Shown: positions 21,371 through 33,261, counted from the first letter of the stretch. The stretch: DNA of 64,000 nt from an uncultured Pseudomonadota bacterium (GCA_963843375.1 CAWJKT010000006.1:288001-352000); one strand, 5' to 3'. Made by a program: numbers and translations. Notes: generated from the sequence alone by a model not told the origin.

Positions 21371-21951
21371 TACATCCCTAAATGGGCCCTTTTCTTCCGG
21401 TCGATGTTTTCCAGGGTATGAATCAGGTGTTTTTGGATAAAAGAATCCAGGGTCATATCAGCCTGACCCGCTAATTCGGGGGTTCCTACGCAAAAAAGCC
21501 CCGCGGCCTTGGCCGCCTGAACCCCCAAAATGTCCGTTTCCAATGCCACCGCCCGAACGGGTTTTACCCCCATCATGTCCAGGGATAATAAGTGCAACTC
21601 GGTTTTGGGCTTCAGTTCGGTCACATCCTCGAAACAACGGATGTTATCGAAGTCTTCGGCAAGGTTCATTCGATGAAGCTCATCAACCACCTGGGTCTGT
21701 TTCCGATTGGAGGTAAGAACCAGGCGGACTTCAAAACCCCGCAGGAGACGAAAACAAAGTTTCAAGGCGGCCAAGGGCGTCTCTTCGGGAAAATCGTCCT
21801 TGTTGTAATTCTGGTTGCGGGAATCCCGGATCACCCAGTCGAAATCGAAGAGGAGGGCCTTGGTCAGCCAGAAGCTTTCGGGAACCATTCCGGCGAAGGG
21901 AGTCCCCCGGGGATTGTTGATGTCGGAAGGACCGAAATTAATGGGACTCAT
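21337..21951 (-). CDS. HAD-superfamily hydrolase (divergent)
   Basis: FDFD motif I, TSN, KP, GVQAAKAAG. Confidence 0.75.
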   Translation of the reverse strand: MSPINFGPSDINNPRGTPFAGMVPESFWLTKALLFDFDWVIRDSRNQNYNKDDFPEETPLAALKLCFRLLRGFEVRLVLTSNRKQTQVVDELHRMNLAEDFDNIRCFEDVTELKPKTELHLLSLDMMGVKPVRAVALETDILGVQAAKAAGLFCVGTPELAGQADMTLDSFIQKHLIHTLENIDRKKRAHLGMYQGFRHSETKS

Positions 21952-21956
21952 AAAGC

Positions 21957-23415
21957 TTAAGCGTCTAACTTTTTCTTGAGAATCTCATTCACCATTTTGG
22001 GGTTGGACTTTCCTTGGGTCGCTTGCATGACCTTGCCGACGAGAAAACCAATTACTCCTTGTTTTCCGCCTTTGTAATCGGCCACCACCGCGGGGTTTTC
22101 GGCCAAAACTTTTTCCACAGCGCCCTCGATGGCCTTGGGATCGGACACCTGGGCCATCCCACGGGACTTCACGATCTCGGCGGGCGAAACGCCCAGATCA
22201 AACATCTCGGCGAAAACTTCCTTAGCTTGTTTGCTGTTGATCGTTCCGGCCTCAATGATGTCCACCAATTCGCAAAGCTTCTTTTGATCAAACTTGAGAT
22301 CCTTGAGTTCTTTTTCCTGCTCCTTCATCTTGGCAGCCATATCTCCCATAATCCAGTTGGCGAGTCCCTTGGGGTTCTTGGTATGTTTGGCCCCTTCTTC
22401 AAACCAATGGGCCAATTCCTGGTCGGAAGTTAAAACTCCGCCATCGTAGTGGCTCAAACCATATTGGGAAACAAACCGTGCCCTTTTAGCCGAAGGCAGT
22501 TCGGGCAGGTTTTTCCTGATTTTTTGGACATAATCCTCGCTGAGGATGATGGGAACTAAATCGGGCTCAGGGAAATAACGATAATCATGCGCTTCTTCCT
22601 TGGAACGCATGGTCTTGGTTTTGTTTTCGGTAACATCCCAAAGCCGGGACTCCTGAACAATCCTTTCGCCTTTATCCAGCAGGGCGGCCTGGCGCTTGAT
22701 CTCGTATTCGATGGCCTGTTTGGCGAATTTGAAGCTGTTCATGTTCTTGATTTCGGTGCGGGTTCCGAACTTTTCGGTTCCCTTCGGACGAATCGAGACG
22801 TTGGCGTCGCAGCGAAGCGACCCCTCTTCCATGTTGCAGTCGGAGACATCGATATAAAGGAGGATATTCTTCAAAGCGGTCAGGTAGGCATAAGCCTCAT
22901 CCGCGCTTCGAATATCAGGTTCGGAGACAATCTCCACCAGCGGAATGCCCCCCCGGTTGTAATCGGCCAACGAATAATCGGAGGAATCCAAGCGTCCCGC
23001 CTTGCCGCCCGCATGCACCAACTTTCCCGCATCCTCTTCCAAATGGGCCCGGGTAACCCCGATTCTTTTGGAGCCTTCTTTGGTAACGATGTCCAAATAA
23101 CCGCCATAGTTCAGCGGCTTGTCATATTGGGAAATCTGGTAGGCCTTGGGAAGATCGGGATAGTAATAGTTCTTGCGATCCATCTTGGCGTATTTGGCGA
23201 TGGTGCAATTAAGGGCCAAGCCGATCTTCACGGCATATTCCACGGCCTTCTCGTTCATGACCGGCAAGGTCCCTGGCAAACCCAGACAAACAGGACAAAC
23301 CTGGGTGTTGGCTTCGTTGCCGAAGGTTGTCTTGCAGCCACAAAAGAGTTTCGTCGCGGTTTTAAGCTCGCAATGAACCTCTAAGCCAATGACTGGTTCA
23401 TATTCCAGTGGCCAT
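21957..23415 (-). CDS. gatB: Asp/Glu-tRNA amidotransferase subunit B (ATG one base out of frame)
   Basis: Frame extends upstream as YEPVIGLEVH; RKNYYYPDLPK, HLEEDAGK, YRYFPEPDL. Confidence 0.97.
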
Positions 23416-24888
23416 TTAATCCTCCCTCAAGGTCGGTTTTTCCTTATGCCATGGCGTGGCCTGCTCATAGGCATAAGCCGTCCTAAGTAAGGTGGCCTCG
23501 TCAAAAGCCTTGCCGATCAACTGTAACCCGATGGGTAATTCGCTCTTCGACATCCCGCAAGGCACCGACAATCCCGGTAATCCGGTAATATTAATGGAGA
23601 CGGTAAAAACGTCCTCTAAATACATGGAAAGAGGGTCGCCGGTTTTCTCCCCGAAACGGAAAGCCGGGTTAGGGGCGGTTGGCGTAGCGATCACATCCAC
23701 CTTCTCAAAGGCCTTATCGTAATCCTGTTTGATGAGACGACGAACCTTGAGGGCTTTCAAGTAATAGGCATCGTAATAGCCCGAGGAGAGGGCATAAGTG
23801 CCCAGCATGATGCGACGCTTTACTTCCGGGCCGAAACCAGCGGCGCGGGTTTTGGAATACATTTCCAGGATGTTCTCGCCCGGTTCCCTTAAACCATAAC
23901 GAACCCCGTCATAACGAGCCAGGTTGGAAGAAGCTTCAGAAGGGGCTAATACATAATAAGCGGCTAACCCATAGGGAGAGGCCGGCAAGGATACTTCCAC
24001 AATTTCCGCCCCCAGGCTTTGCAATTGAGCGATGGCGTCTTTTACGGCCACGGAAACTTCCCGGTTAAGGCCCTCGGGAAAGAATTCTTTAGGAATACCG
24101 ATCCGCAAACCCTTGACGGATTTCTTCATCTCCGCCACGTAATCGGGGGCGGGAAGATTGGCCGAGGTGGAATCCTTCGGGTCATGGCCCGCGATGACAT
24201 TCATCATGATGGCGCAATCCTCGACGTCCTTGGAGAAGGGACCAATTTGGTCAAGGGAGGAGGCGAAGGCAATAAGTCCATAACGGGAAACCCGGCCATA
24301 GGTCGGCTTGAGCCCCACGATACCGCAAAGGGCGGCGGGCTGTCGGATTGAACCACCCGTATCCGAGCCCAAGGAAGCGAAAGCTTGATCAGCGCAAACA
24401 CTGGCGGCAGAGCCGCCCGAGGAACCGCCGGGTACGCAATTAAGGTTCCAAGGATTCTTGGTTTTCTTATAAAAGGAAGTTTCTGTGGATGAACCCATGG
24501 CAAACTCATCCATGTTGGTTTTACCCACGCTAACCGCCCCCGCGCCATAAAGTCTTTCCACAACCGTCGCGTTATAAGGAGGCTTGAAGTTTTCAAGCAT
24601 GCGGGAAGCGCAAGTGGTTCGAATACCTTTGGTGCAAAGAAGATCCTTGATGGCCACCGGCACACCGGTTAAAGGGGTGATGTCCAAACCAATCGCCAAG
24701 CGCTTATCCGCTTCAGCCGCCTGTTTTAAGGCCTCATCCCGGGTGATGGTAATGAAGGATTGAACCTTTGGCTCAATTGACTCTAGGTAGTCCATAGTCG
24801 CCTTGGTCAACTCAACCGAGGAAACTTTTTTGGCTTTCAGTTCCGCGGAGACTTCATGGATAGTTTTTTCGATCAATTCGTTTTTCAT
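23416..24888 (-). CDS. gatA: Asp/Glu-tRNA amidotransferase subunit A
   Basis: [32 protein letters not shown]. Confidence 0.97.
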   Translation of the reverse strand: MKNELIEKTIHEVSAELKAKKVSSVELTKATMDYLESIEPKVQSFITITRDEALKQAAEADKRLAIGLDITPLTGVPVAIKDLLCTKGIRTTCASRMLENFKPPYNATVVERLYGAGAVSVGKTNMDEFAMGSSTETSFYKKTKNPWNLNCVPGGSSGGSAASVCADQAFASLGSDTGGSIRQPAALCGIVGLKPTYGRVSRYGLIAFASSLDQIGPFSKDVEDCAIMMNVIAGHDPKDSTSANLPAPDYVAEMKKSVKGLRIGIPKEFFPEGLNREVSVAVKDAIAQLQSLGAEIVEVSLPASPYGLAAYYVLAPSEASSNLARYDGVRYGLREPGENILEMYSKTRAAGFGPEVKRRIMLGTYALSSGYYDAYYLKALKVRRLIKQDYDKAFEKVDVIATPTAPNPAFRFGEKTGDPLSMYLEDVFTVSINITGLPGLSVPCGMSKSELPIGLQLIGKAFDEATLLRTAYAYEQATPWHKEKPTLRED

Positions 24889-24929
24889 TTGTACCTTATT
24901 TTTTTGAAGTTATTTCCGAAGGGCAGCTA

Positions 24930-25214
24930 TTACATGATCTTAGGGACCTTAAAGTGTCCAGACTGAACTTCCGGCCCATTGGAAAGCACTTCTTGTTGGG
25001 TCAAGGAAGGCTGCACTTCATCGGCGCGGAAGACGTTCTTCACATCCAAGGGATGGGTCAGAGGTTCCACATTGGAGGTATCCAGCTTATTTAATTGCTC
25101 GACATATTCGAGGATATTGGCTAATTGCTGGGTGTATTTCCCCACTTCCTGGTCGGTCACTTCCAGACGGGCCAGTTTAGCGACATATTGAACGTCTTTT
25201 TCGGATAAGGCCAC
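24930..25214 (-). CDS. gatC: Asp/Glu-tRNA amidotransferase subunit C
   Basis: VAKLARL, FKVPKI. Confidence 0.95.
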   Translation of the reverse strand: MALSEKDVQYVAKLARLEVTDQEVGKYTQQLANILEYVEQLNKLDTSNVEPLTHPLDVKNVFRADEVQPSLTQQEVLSNGPEVQSGHFKVPKIM

Positions 25215-25312
25215 GGTACGCTCCCCGCTTAATTAAATCCGGGCAACCAAAAGGCTTAAAAGAGCCGATAGTTTGCCAGAATCAACCGGCCTTTTCCAGC
25301 GAGGAAAAGGGG

Positions 25313-26026
25313 TTAAGCTTTGAGCAAGTGGGCCTTAAAGAACCCCAAGGTCATGGCCCAGGCCGTGGCGGCGGAAGCCGGGTGATAGGCGGGCCGGTCG
25401 TCACAATTGAAAGCATGTGCAGCCTCGGAGAATTCGGCCTGGATAAAATCCTTTTTGGCGCCCCTTAAGACATTGGCCAGTTCCATGAGTTTTTCCGGGG
25501 GGGAACTCTGGTCTTTTCCGCCCCAAAGAAGAAGAAGCGGAGCCTTTTGTTCCGGCGCCAGATCGAAGCTCTGCATGATCCGGCTACCGTAAAAGGAAAC
25601 GGCGGCTTTCAGGGGCAAGCGGCTGTTGGCCGTAAAAGAAGTGGAACCCCCCATGCAAAAGCCCACGCAGCCGATGGCGTCGGATTTGAGTTCTCCCCTC
25701 AGCCAATCATAGGTGGCTTGAGTGTCCGCCAGGGTTGCCTCCTTGGTGACGGCGTTAAAATGGGGCATGATGGATGAAAAGTCATTATTGGTGGGATAGT
25801 TGATTTCACTGCCCGGCGCTAAAGTTCGGTGGAAAAGTTCCGGCGCGACCGCCAAATACCCCTCCCGGGCTACCCTCCGGGCGACTTCCTTGATATGACC
25901 GTTAACACCAAAGGCTTCCTGGAAAACCATGATGCCCGCCTTGGGGGAGTTTTCCGGCCTCACCACGAAAGCTTGCATCTGGGTGCCGTCGCCGATATGA
26001 AGTTGAACCGTCGATTCCTGAATCAT
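25313..26026 (-). CDS. Dienelactone hydrolase family protein
   Basis: QEAFG, GFCMGG, HAF. Confidence 0.92.
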   Translation of the reverse strand: MIQESTVQLHIGDGTQMQAFVVRPENSPKAGIMVFQEAFGVNGHIKEVARRVAREGYLAVAPELFHRTLAPGSEINYPTNNDFSSIMPHFNAVTKEATLADTQATYDWLRGELKSDAIGCVGFCMGGSTSFTANSRLPLKAAVSFYGSRIMQSFDLAPEQKAPLLLLWGGKDQSSPPEKLMELANVLRGAKKDFIQAEFSEAAHAFNCDDRPAYHPASAATAWAMTLGFFKAHLLKA

Positions 26027-26056
26027 TCCAACCTCCTTAAAAAATTCAATTGAAAT

Positions 26057-28260
26057 CTATTCCACTTTCTCCAAGTTCGCCATCTTCGCCAAAAGCTGTT
26101 TCTTGCCATGGTTGGGGAATGACACCGTGACTTTCAAGTTCTCGCCCGAGCCCGTTAAAGCCAAAACCATTCCCTTGCCGAACTTTTTATGACTAACCGT
26201 CTCGCCCAAAGCGTAGGGGGCCATGACCGGTTCATCGTCCCACTCCGGGTCCTTAAGCTCGTCGAATTCCTTTTTCTTAGCATCCCGAACCTCATAAAGA
26301 CCACCCTGGGTAGCCACAATCGAAGCGGCCTTGCCGGTAACCTGAATCATATCCTTTGGAATTTCAGAAAGAAAGCGGGAAGGCGCGCGCCATTGGGGGG
26401 TTCCGTAAACATAGCGGCAGGCCGCGCCGGTGAGATAGAGAATGTCCATGGCCCGTGTCATGCCCACATAACAAAGCCTTCGCTCTTCTTGCACATCGTC
26501 GTCTTCTTCAATGGAATTGTTATGAGGAAATAAACCCTCTTCTAAACCGGTGATAAAAACGATGGGAAATTCCAGACCTTTGGCGTTATGCATAGTCATC
26601 AAGGTTACGCAGTTCTTTTTATCTTGCAGCTTGTCAATGTCCGCCACCAGGGACACCTGATCTAAGTAACCTTCAAGGGTCGGCTTTTCAACACTTTTTT
26701 CATAGTCCACTACCGAGTTCACTAATTCCTTCAGGTTCTCAGCTCGCATCTTGGATTCAATCGTGTCATCGTTAGCCAAATCCGTTAAATAACCTGATCG
26801 TTCAAGAACCTTTTTCACGAATTCTCCAGGAGATACCGAATCTTTTTCAGCGATGAGCCCATCCACCATGGATACGAAACTGGCCAGGGCCTGGGTGGCT
26901 TTCTTGGGAAATTCCCCGCCTAAAGCCGCTTTGCGGGAAGCGTCCAGCAGGGTCATATCCAGGCTTTTGGCGGTCTCTTCTAATTTCGCCACGGTGCCGC
27001 TTCCGATGCCACGGATGGGCACATTAATCATACGGCGCAGTGAAACCGAATCTTTCGGGTTCACCAGCACATGGAAATAGGCCAACATGTCTTTGACTTC
27101 CTTGCGGTCATAAAACTTGAGGCCTCCCACGATGATATAAGGAATGTTATGGCGGCGACAGGCGTCTTCCAGGACCCGGGATTGGGCGTTGGTGCGGTAA
27201 AGGATCGCCACACTCCGGAAAGACCGGCCCGGTTCTCCCAATCTTTCGTAAATAGTTTTTAGTACAAATTCCGCCTCATCCTTGTCATCCTCGGCCTGGT
27301 AATAAGTGGGAGTTTCCCCCATTTCCCGGAGGGAAAAAAGCTCCTTTTCCTTGCGTTGGGAGTTGTTGCGGATAACCGCTTGGGCCGCCTGAATAACGGA
27401 CCGGGTGGAACGGTAATTTTGCTGTAATTTGAAGAGCTTGGCCCCCGGAAAATCCTGTTCGAATCGCAGGATATTGCGGATGTCCGCTCCCCGCCAACCA
27501 TAAATGGACTGATCCGGATCCCCGACGACATAAAGATTATTTAAAGGATGGGCGATTGCCGAAATGAGTTGGTATTGGGCCATATTGATGTCTTGGTATT
27601 CGTCCACCTGGATATATTCAAACCTCTTACGGTAGCTTTCCAGGATATCCGGATACTGCTTCATCAAGAGAACCGCATTGAAAAGAAGATCGTCGAAATC
27701 CATGGCGTTGTTTTCTTTGAGCTTGGTCTGGTACCGGGGATAGATTTGGGCCACCTTTTCCTGGAAGAAGCCCGCCATCAGTTCCTCGTATTCCTTGGGA
27801 TTCTTCAGCTCGTTCTTAGCCGCACTGATATGAGAATGCACGGCGTAAGGGTGTACCTGTTTCTCATCCCATTTAAGATCCCAAAGACATTCCTTGATCA
27901 GGGCCTTTTGGTCCGAGTCGTCGTAGATCGTAAACCCCGGCTGATATCCCAGTTTATCGGCGTGGAGTTTGAGGATCGAAAGGCAGAGCCGGTGGAAGGT
28001 GCCGATAAAAAGTTCCCGGACCTTTTGATGTCCAGCCAGGTTGGCTACCCGGTCTTTCATTTCCTGTGCCGCCTTGTTGGTGAAGGTAACTGCCAGGATA
28101 CGAAAGGGAGATACATGCAGTTCATCCATCAATCGAAGAATCCGGTAGGTGATGACACGGGTTTTACCCGACCCCGCCCCGCCAAAATAAGGGCTGGCCC
28201 AGCGTTATGGACAACCGCTTCGCGTTGTTCTTCGTTTAAATCCTGATAAGTGCGTTTCAT
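26057..28260 (-). CDS. pcrA: ATP-dependent helicase PcrA/UvrD (frameshift in Walker A ~28180)
   Basis: LNEEQREAV..GSGKTRV, TFTNKAA, DEYQD, QNYRS, KGLEF, EERRLCYVG. Confidence 0.95.
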
Positions 28261-28342
28261 GAATTCCATTAAGATAAGGTTTTAAAGCTTATGGTCATTG
28301 CGAGGAATGGAGCAAAAATTTTATAAAGATTGCGGCCAAAAT

Positions 28343-28374
28343 AAAAAATCCCACTCCCTTTCAGGGCGGGATTT
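28343..28374 (-). terminator. Probable terminator after PilZ gene
   Basis: AAATCCC..GGGATTT hairpin with T run on the minus strand. Confidence 0.5.
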
Positions 28375-28408
28375 GGGGATTGTCGTATAAAAAGGAGGTT
28401 AAATGCTA

Positions 28409-28766
28409 CTAGGCCTTTTTCCACGTAATGGCGGATGATTTTACGGATTTCCTCGTCCGCCACAATAAATTGAAGTCCGAACATGCCCTCGCTGGCCCAA
28501 GCAAGCTTGGAGTAAACATCCATCATTTTATTTTTTTGAACTTGGAAATTGAGTTTGAAGATTTTGGAGGAGGAAGGTGACATCTCCACTTCCAAGCGGA
28601 TGCCTCCTTCGCTAACATCCTTAGCCTTGACTTTGATGGGGGTTCCCTGCACTTCAAAAACATTCCCCGATTTGGATTCCACCACATTATGTAATGTGAC
28701 GGTTTCTTGAAATTTTGCCCGGGAATGTTTCCTGCGTTCACTTTTGGGCTGGTTAGCTTGGCTCAT
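28409..28766 (-). CDS. PilZ-domain protein
   Basis: ERRKHSR (RxxxR) and DVSEGG (DxSxxG). True stop probably TAG TAG at 28406-28411 after a homopolymer slip; ORF track extends to 28269. Confidence 0.82.
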
Positions 28767-28921
28767 TAAATCCCCTCGCAAACCCAGTTAAACGGTAAAG
28801 CTATAAAACGAATAATAGCTCATTTTAGTTTTAATGGTAATCGATTTTTATTGGCAAATTTAACTAAAAAGGATTTTATTTTTTTGAAAGCGTTTCCTCG
28901 AAAAAGATAACAAAAGCCCAC

Positions 28922-31024
28922 TTATTTATAAAGTTCAATATAAAACGCCCCAGGAACCCAAGAAATAAGCATGTTGTTTTTTGCCCATTTGACTGGAACC
29001 TTACCTTTAAGAATCTCTCCTTGGGCGTCCAAGGCCCGCGCTTTTACTTTGGCGTCCTTTTGAAAACGGAAAATGGTGATTTTAGCCTGTAGCGGTTCCA
29101 CTAAAACGGGACCCGTCCCGGTTGAAATGAGTTTCGTCTTTGCCGCGTTATAAACCTGGCCTGTGTTTTCCATCCGGGTCACCCCCGTGAGAAGCATATG
29201 ATCCGATGCCCAAAGATTGGTCTTGGTTAATGAAATGAGGGAAAGAGATTCAAATAAATTGGGCGATTCCACCTGCCATACGGGACTCGCGATTTTCCGG
29301 TGTCCCACAAAACCGATGACGGCTTGGAATCGTGGACTGGAAACCTGAATCACCCCGACATTTCCCTGCCAATGAATTTGTTCGGTATCGGAAATGATGG
29401 ATTGGGTCTTATTAACCACCTTAGCCTTCAAGAGACCCGTGGGATCGGTTTTAAATTTCCCCCCATCGGGTTCAGTCCCTGAGCGATGAGCCAGAGAGGT
29501 TAAAAGGTTTCCATCGTTTTTAAGGACAAAAAACCTTCCTTCTTTCAAATCGCCCCGCAAAAAAGCAAGAGCCGCTATAGGCCATTGGGCTGATAATACG
29601 GGCTTATTATTCATTTCATCGCCAAGTGTAATGGCATTTTCATCATAGGATCCTGAAAGGGACATTCCCAGGGAAGCCTGCCAACCCTGGAAACCGGCAT
29701 AAGCGGACATTAACAGAGGGACCTCCCCTAGATATTCATTCGGCCATCCAGCAGTCCACTGAACTTCATACCCGGTTCCAAAGGTTCTAGAGGAAATCAA
29801 TTGAGCTGGCAGACTTTTTTCCGGCGCCATCACCATGGGATTATCGTTGAAAGTGACTGGTTGTTCGCCGGCGGATGAAACCGAGTCCCAACTAACACTG
29901 GCGGATTTTAAGTTTATGGACGATAGAACCGCCGGATCATTTAAAAGGGCATCAGGCAAGACTTGTTTGTCCTGGCCCAGGATATGTGTATAAATGCCTT
30001 TGGTTTTAAATTGGTTTATCAGGCTTTGAAGGCGATCGACCATGTCTAAAACCGACTTGTCCGGAAGATTCACCGAAACCTCGTTACACCCATAGCGGGC
30101 GAATTGACTGGCAAGTTGGGAAAATTGTCCATCGCTGAAGGTCCACCAGTCGCCCCCAAGACGGCTTCCCCAAAATCGGGCCGATGTCCCATCGTCAAAA
30201 ACAAGAGTTTGACCTTCGCTTTTCAAGTTGCCGTGTTTTCCCGCCGGGCCATCCAATAGAAAGCTCATATCCACGGCTGTTCCTGCTGAGGAGCCAGTTA
30301 AGAGCCCGGCAGAAATCCAACCAGTCGTATCGGTAACAAAGGTTTTCTCCGGTTTGGGTGAAATTGTAGAAACCGGGAGTTCGGTGTCGGAAGCTGTGAT
30401 GGCGAAAAGAATGGGAACCGGCATTTTGTTTTGAGATTTGAAAAGGATCGTTTGGATTGGAACATCAGGCCGGGGGTTCTTCCAGGGAAAAAGAGAAAGA
30501 CCCATGTCGGCATTTTTATACTTGTGCCACCAAGCTAAAAAACTAGCTGAAGTATCGTCCGCTCCGGAGAAATTGGCCAATTCAACCCCGACATGCAATG
30601 GAACGACGGTCACTTGCCCGTCATCATAAATCACATCATATTCAGCTACGGTAATATTGGAGGCCGTTCCGCCCCAACGGCAGGAGTGAAGGAAATAAAG
30701 CGTGTCCACCTTGAGATGTCCAACGGGCAGGGCTACCGCCTCAGGAAATGTGGGCTTTCGCCTTCCCTTTAGGACGATAAATGAATTCCCCTGATTTTGC
30801 GTCCAATCCAATAGTTGGAAAGGAATCCCGCGAAAAGTCTGCGGACCCTGGGGAATATTAGCAAACCCTTCTTTTTCTTTTAGGTCATCGCTCCCTGGAA
30901 CCGTTCCATCAAAAGATTGCGAAGGCCCCATGTTGGCCGCTTTTGAAAGATCAATAAAAATGGGCGCGGCCCAGGATGTCCCGTAAGTTAGAAGAACCAG
31001 GCAAAAAAACAGCGTTCGCTGCAT
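28922..31024 (-). CDS. Secreted carbohydrate-active-enzyme-like protein (GH-A-like, degenerate)
   Basis: Signal peptide; DMSFLLDGPAGKHG..RFWG and WPNEY..E..AYAGFQGW segments. Confidence 0.6.
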   Translation of the reverse strand: MQRTLFFCLVLLTYGTSWAAPIFIDLSKAANMGPSQSFDGTVPGSDDLKEKEGFANIPQGPQTFRGIPFQLLDWTQNQGNSFIVLKGRRKPTFPEAVALPVGHLKVDTLYFLHSCRWGGTASNITVAEYDVIYDDGQVTVVPLHVGVELANFSGADDTSASFLAWWHKYKNADMGLSLFPWKNPRPDVPIQTILFKSQNKMPVPILFAITASDTELPVSTISPKPEKTFVTDTTGWISAGLLTGSSAGTAVDMSFLLDGPAGKHGNLKSEGQTLVFDDGTSARFWGSRLGGDWWTFSDGQFSQLASQFARYGCNEVSVNLPDKSVLDMVDRLQSLINQFKTKGIYTHILGQDKQVLPDALLNDPAVLSSINLKSASVSWDSVSSAGEQPVTFNDNPMVMAPEKSLPAQLISSRTFGTGYEVQWTAGWPNEYLGEVPLLMSAYAGFQGWQASLGMSLSGSYDENAITLGDEMNNKPVLSAQWPIAALAFLRGDLKEGRFFVLKNDGNLLTSLAHRSGTEPDGGKFKTDPTGLLKAKVVNKTQSIISDTEQIHWQGNVGVIQVSSPRFQAVIGFVGHRKIASPVWQVESPNLFESLSLISLTKTNLWASDHMLLTGVTRMENTGQVYNAAKTKLISTGTGPVLVEPLQAKITIFRFQKDAKVKARALDAQGEILKGKVPVKWAKNNMLISWVPGAFYIELYK

Positions 31025-31031
31025 GGCGGCG

Positions 31032-31760
31032 TTACTGCTTCTTATAACGATAATACTTGGTAATTATGGCGTCGGCTTCCTCGGGCTTGTCCACCACGTG
31101 AAACAAGTCAAGGTCGCCCTTGTCGATATAACTGCGGTTGCCCAGAATCGTGTTCTTGATCCATTCGACCCCGCCTTTCCAGAATTCCCTGTTCATGAGA
31201 ATGATGGGAATGGGATCGATTTTTTTCGTCTGGACGAGGGTCAAGACCTCGAAAAACTCGTCCATGGTGCCGAAACCACCCGGCATCACGATGACCGCCG
31301 AGGTATAGCGCAGGAACATAACCTTACGGATAAAAAAATAATGGAAGTTCACCGGCAGGTTAATGTAGGGATTGGGTTTTTGTTCAAAAGGAAGTTCGAT
31401 ATTACAGCCCACCGAACGACCACCCGCCTCGTGGGCGCCCAGGTTTGCCCCTTCCATTACGCCCGGTCCCCCTCCCGTAATGATAGAGAATCCCTTCTTC
31501 GACAGGCGGTAAGCAATCTTTCGAGCCAACTGATAATCCGCGGCGTTCTGGAGAGTTCGGGCCGAACCGAAAATCGTGACTGCGGGCCGAATATTCCGAA
31601 GTGCCTCGAAACCTTCGACGAACTCGGACATGATACGAAACATCCGCCAGGTGTCTTGTTCCTTGAAATCATTGGCAATAAACGGATTTCCCGAGGCTCC
31701 GTTTTTAGGCCGAGCGATGGAGCGTTTTTCGACTAATTTTTTGGGTTTTTTGGCAGGCAT
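31032..31760 (-). CDS. LOG-family (TIGR00730) protein
   Basis: FGSAR, TGGGPGVME, PGGFGTMDE. Confidence 0.93.
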   Translation of the reverse strand: MPAKKPKKLVEKRSIARPKNGASGNPFIANDFKEQDTWRMFRIMSEFVEGFEALRNIRPAVTIFGSARTLQNAADYQLARKIAYRLSKKGFSIITGGGPGVMEGANLGAHEAGGRSVGCNIELPFEQKPNPYINLPVNFHYFFIRKVMFLRYTSAVIVMPGGFGTMDEFFEVLTLVQTKKIDPIPIILMNREFWKGGVEWIKNTILGNRSYIDKGDLDLFHVVDKPEEADAIITKYYRYKKQ

Positions 31761-31778
31761 GGTTCCTCTTTCAAAAGA

Positions 31779-32216
31779 TCAGGCAATAACAGATTCCTGT
31801 TTATCTTCAAAAGCGTCTTTGATCCTTTTGGCATGATCCGTGATCAAAGGCGGCAGTTGCCGGACATTAAAATATTTTATCTCGCTGGTTTCCTCGCTCG
31901 GCGTCAACGATCCTCCCGTGACCCGGCAAAGAAATGAAACCCGAACCGTATGCCATTCCGGCCCCTGCGCAATATGGAGCGAACCCTCCTTATCGGAATA
32001 AATCCCGATCAGCCTGACTAGCTCGCCCTTCAACCCGGTCTCCTCTTTTAATTCCCTCAAACAAGCATGGGCCAAGGTTTCTCCCAAATCCACATGGCCC
32101 CCGGGGATGCACCATAACCCGTTGTCTGTTCTTTTAGCCAGAAGCACTTCTTTTTTGTCATTAAAAACCACCGCGTTAACCGCAATCTTCGGTGTCAATT
32201 GGGGCTTGTGGTCCAT
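31779..32216 (-). CDS. NUDIX hydrolase
   Basis: GGHVDLGETLAHACLRELKEETG Nudix box. Confidence 0.93.
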   Translation of the reverse strand: MDHKPQLTPKIAVNAVVFNDKKEVLLAKRTDNGLWCIPGGHVDLGETLAHACLRELKEETGLKGELVRLIGIYSDKEGSLHIAQGPEWHTVRVSFLCRVTGGSLTPSEETSEIKYFNVRQLPPLITDHAKRIKDAFEDKQESVIA

Positions 32217-32236
32217 CCCTTACCTTCCATACAAAT

Positions 32237-32272
32237 AAAAAATCCCGTGCACCGTAAAAGATGCGCGGGATT
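32237..32272 (-). terminator. Terminator after rpsI
   Basis: AATCCCGCGCA..TGCACGGGATT hairpin plus T run on the minus strand. Confidence 0.75.
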
Positions 32273-32313
32273 CGAGAAATATTTCCAGGACTTGCCTGAA
32301 GTTCTTCGGAAAA

Positions 32314-32709
32314 TTAACGTTTCGAGAACTGGAAGCGCCTGCGGGCCTTCTTGCGTCCATACTTTTTGCGCTCGACCATTCGCGGATCACGGGTAAGGAA
32401 CCCGGCTGCTTTCAAGGGTTTACGCATCTCGGCGTCCACTTTAAGAAGGGCGCGGGAAATTCCATGCCGCAAGGCTTCGGCCTGACCGGTAACTCCGCCA
32501 CCGGTAAGATTCGCGTACACGTCATACTTACCCAGGGCCGAAACGGTCTCCAAAGGCGATCTCACCACGGATAACTTCATCTCGGGAAAGAACTTTTCGA
32601 TGGGCTTGCCATTGATGATAAACAGCCCCTTCCCCGGTCTTAAAATTACACGAGCAACAGAGGTTTTCCGGCGTCCGGTTGCGGCGAATTGTTCTTTCGT
32701 GGCTGGCAC
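32314..32709 (-). CDS. rpsI: 30S ribosomal protein S9
   Basis: [22 protein letters not shown]. Confidence 0.98.
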   Translation of the reverse strand: MPATKEQFAATGRRKTSVARVILRPGKGLFIINGKPIEKFFPEMKLSVVRSPLETVSALGKYDVYANLTGGGVTGQAEALRHGISRALLKVDAEMRKPLKAAGFLTRDPRMVERKKYGRKKARRRFQFSKR

Positions 32710-32711
32710 TC

Positions 32712-33188
32712 TTATTCTCCTCTTTTGGTAGCGTTATGGGCCAAGATCAATGGCTCGGGTTTTTGTGCGGAATGGGGATGGGTTTCGCCTTTATAAACAT
32801 TCAATCGGCCGAACATTTTATCCCCCTGGGAAGACTTAGGCAGCATGCCCTTGATGGCGTATTCCAAGATTCTTTCCGGCTTGGTGAGACGAAGATTCTT
32901 ATACATGACTGTGGTCAAACCACCGGGACGCCCGGAAGTGCGGTGATGGGCTTTCGTGTCCCACTTTTTTCCCGTCAACACAATCTTCTCGGCGTTGATA
33001 ATGACCACATGGTCACCGTTTTCAACATGGGGGGTGAAAAGACGCTTGTGTTTACCCCTTAAAACCGCAGCCACTTGGGAAGTCAAACGGCCCAGAACCT
33101 GGTCCTTGGCGTCGATAATCCACCATTTGCGGTTAATGTCTTTTTGCGCGGCTAGAACTGTCTTTTGCATTTTGCTTACCTGGCTCAT
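32712..33188 (-). CDS. rplM: 50S ribosomal protein L13
   Basis: LGRL, LRGKHK, FTPHV, GMLPK. Confidence 0.98.
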   Translation of the reverse strand: MSQVSKMQKTVLAAQKDINRKWWIIDAKDQVLGRLTSQVAAVLRGKHKRLFTPHVENGDHVVIINAEKIVLTGKKWDTKAHHRTSGRPGGLTTVMYKNLRLTKPERILEYAIKGMLPKSSQGDKMFGRLNVYKGETHPHSAQKPEPLILAHNATKRGE

Positions 33189-33233
33189 CTTTCTTTAGAA
33201 CTGCTTGTGCCTCAAAAGGGGACAAGGGCCTGA

Positions 33234-33261
33234 ATTATAGGGGTTTTCAATAGTGTGTCAA
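33234..33261 (-). promoter_or_regulatory. Sigma70 promoter of rplM-rpsI
   Basis: Exact TTGACA-16-TATAAT on the minus strand. Confidence 0.8.

Noticed and set aside
28269..28408. C-terminal extension of the PilZ protein
   Set aside because: It runs through a terminator-like hairpin; removing one base from a homopolymer gives tandem TAG stops.
26057..32216. Helicase, LOG and NUDIX genes as an anti-phage system
   Set aside because: All look like ordinary housekeeping orthologues with no nuclease or effector partner.
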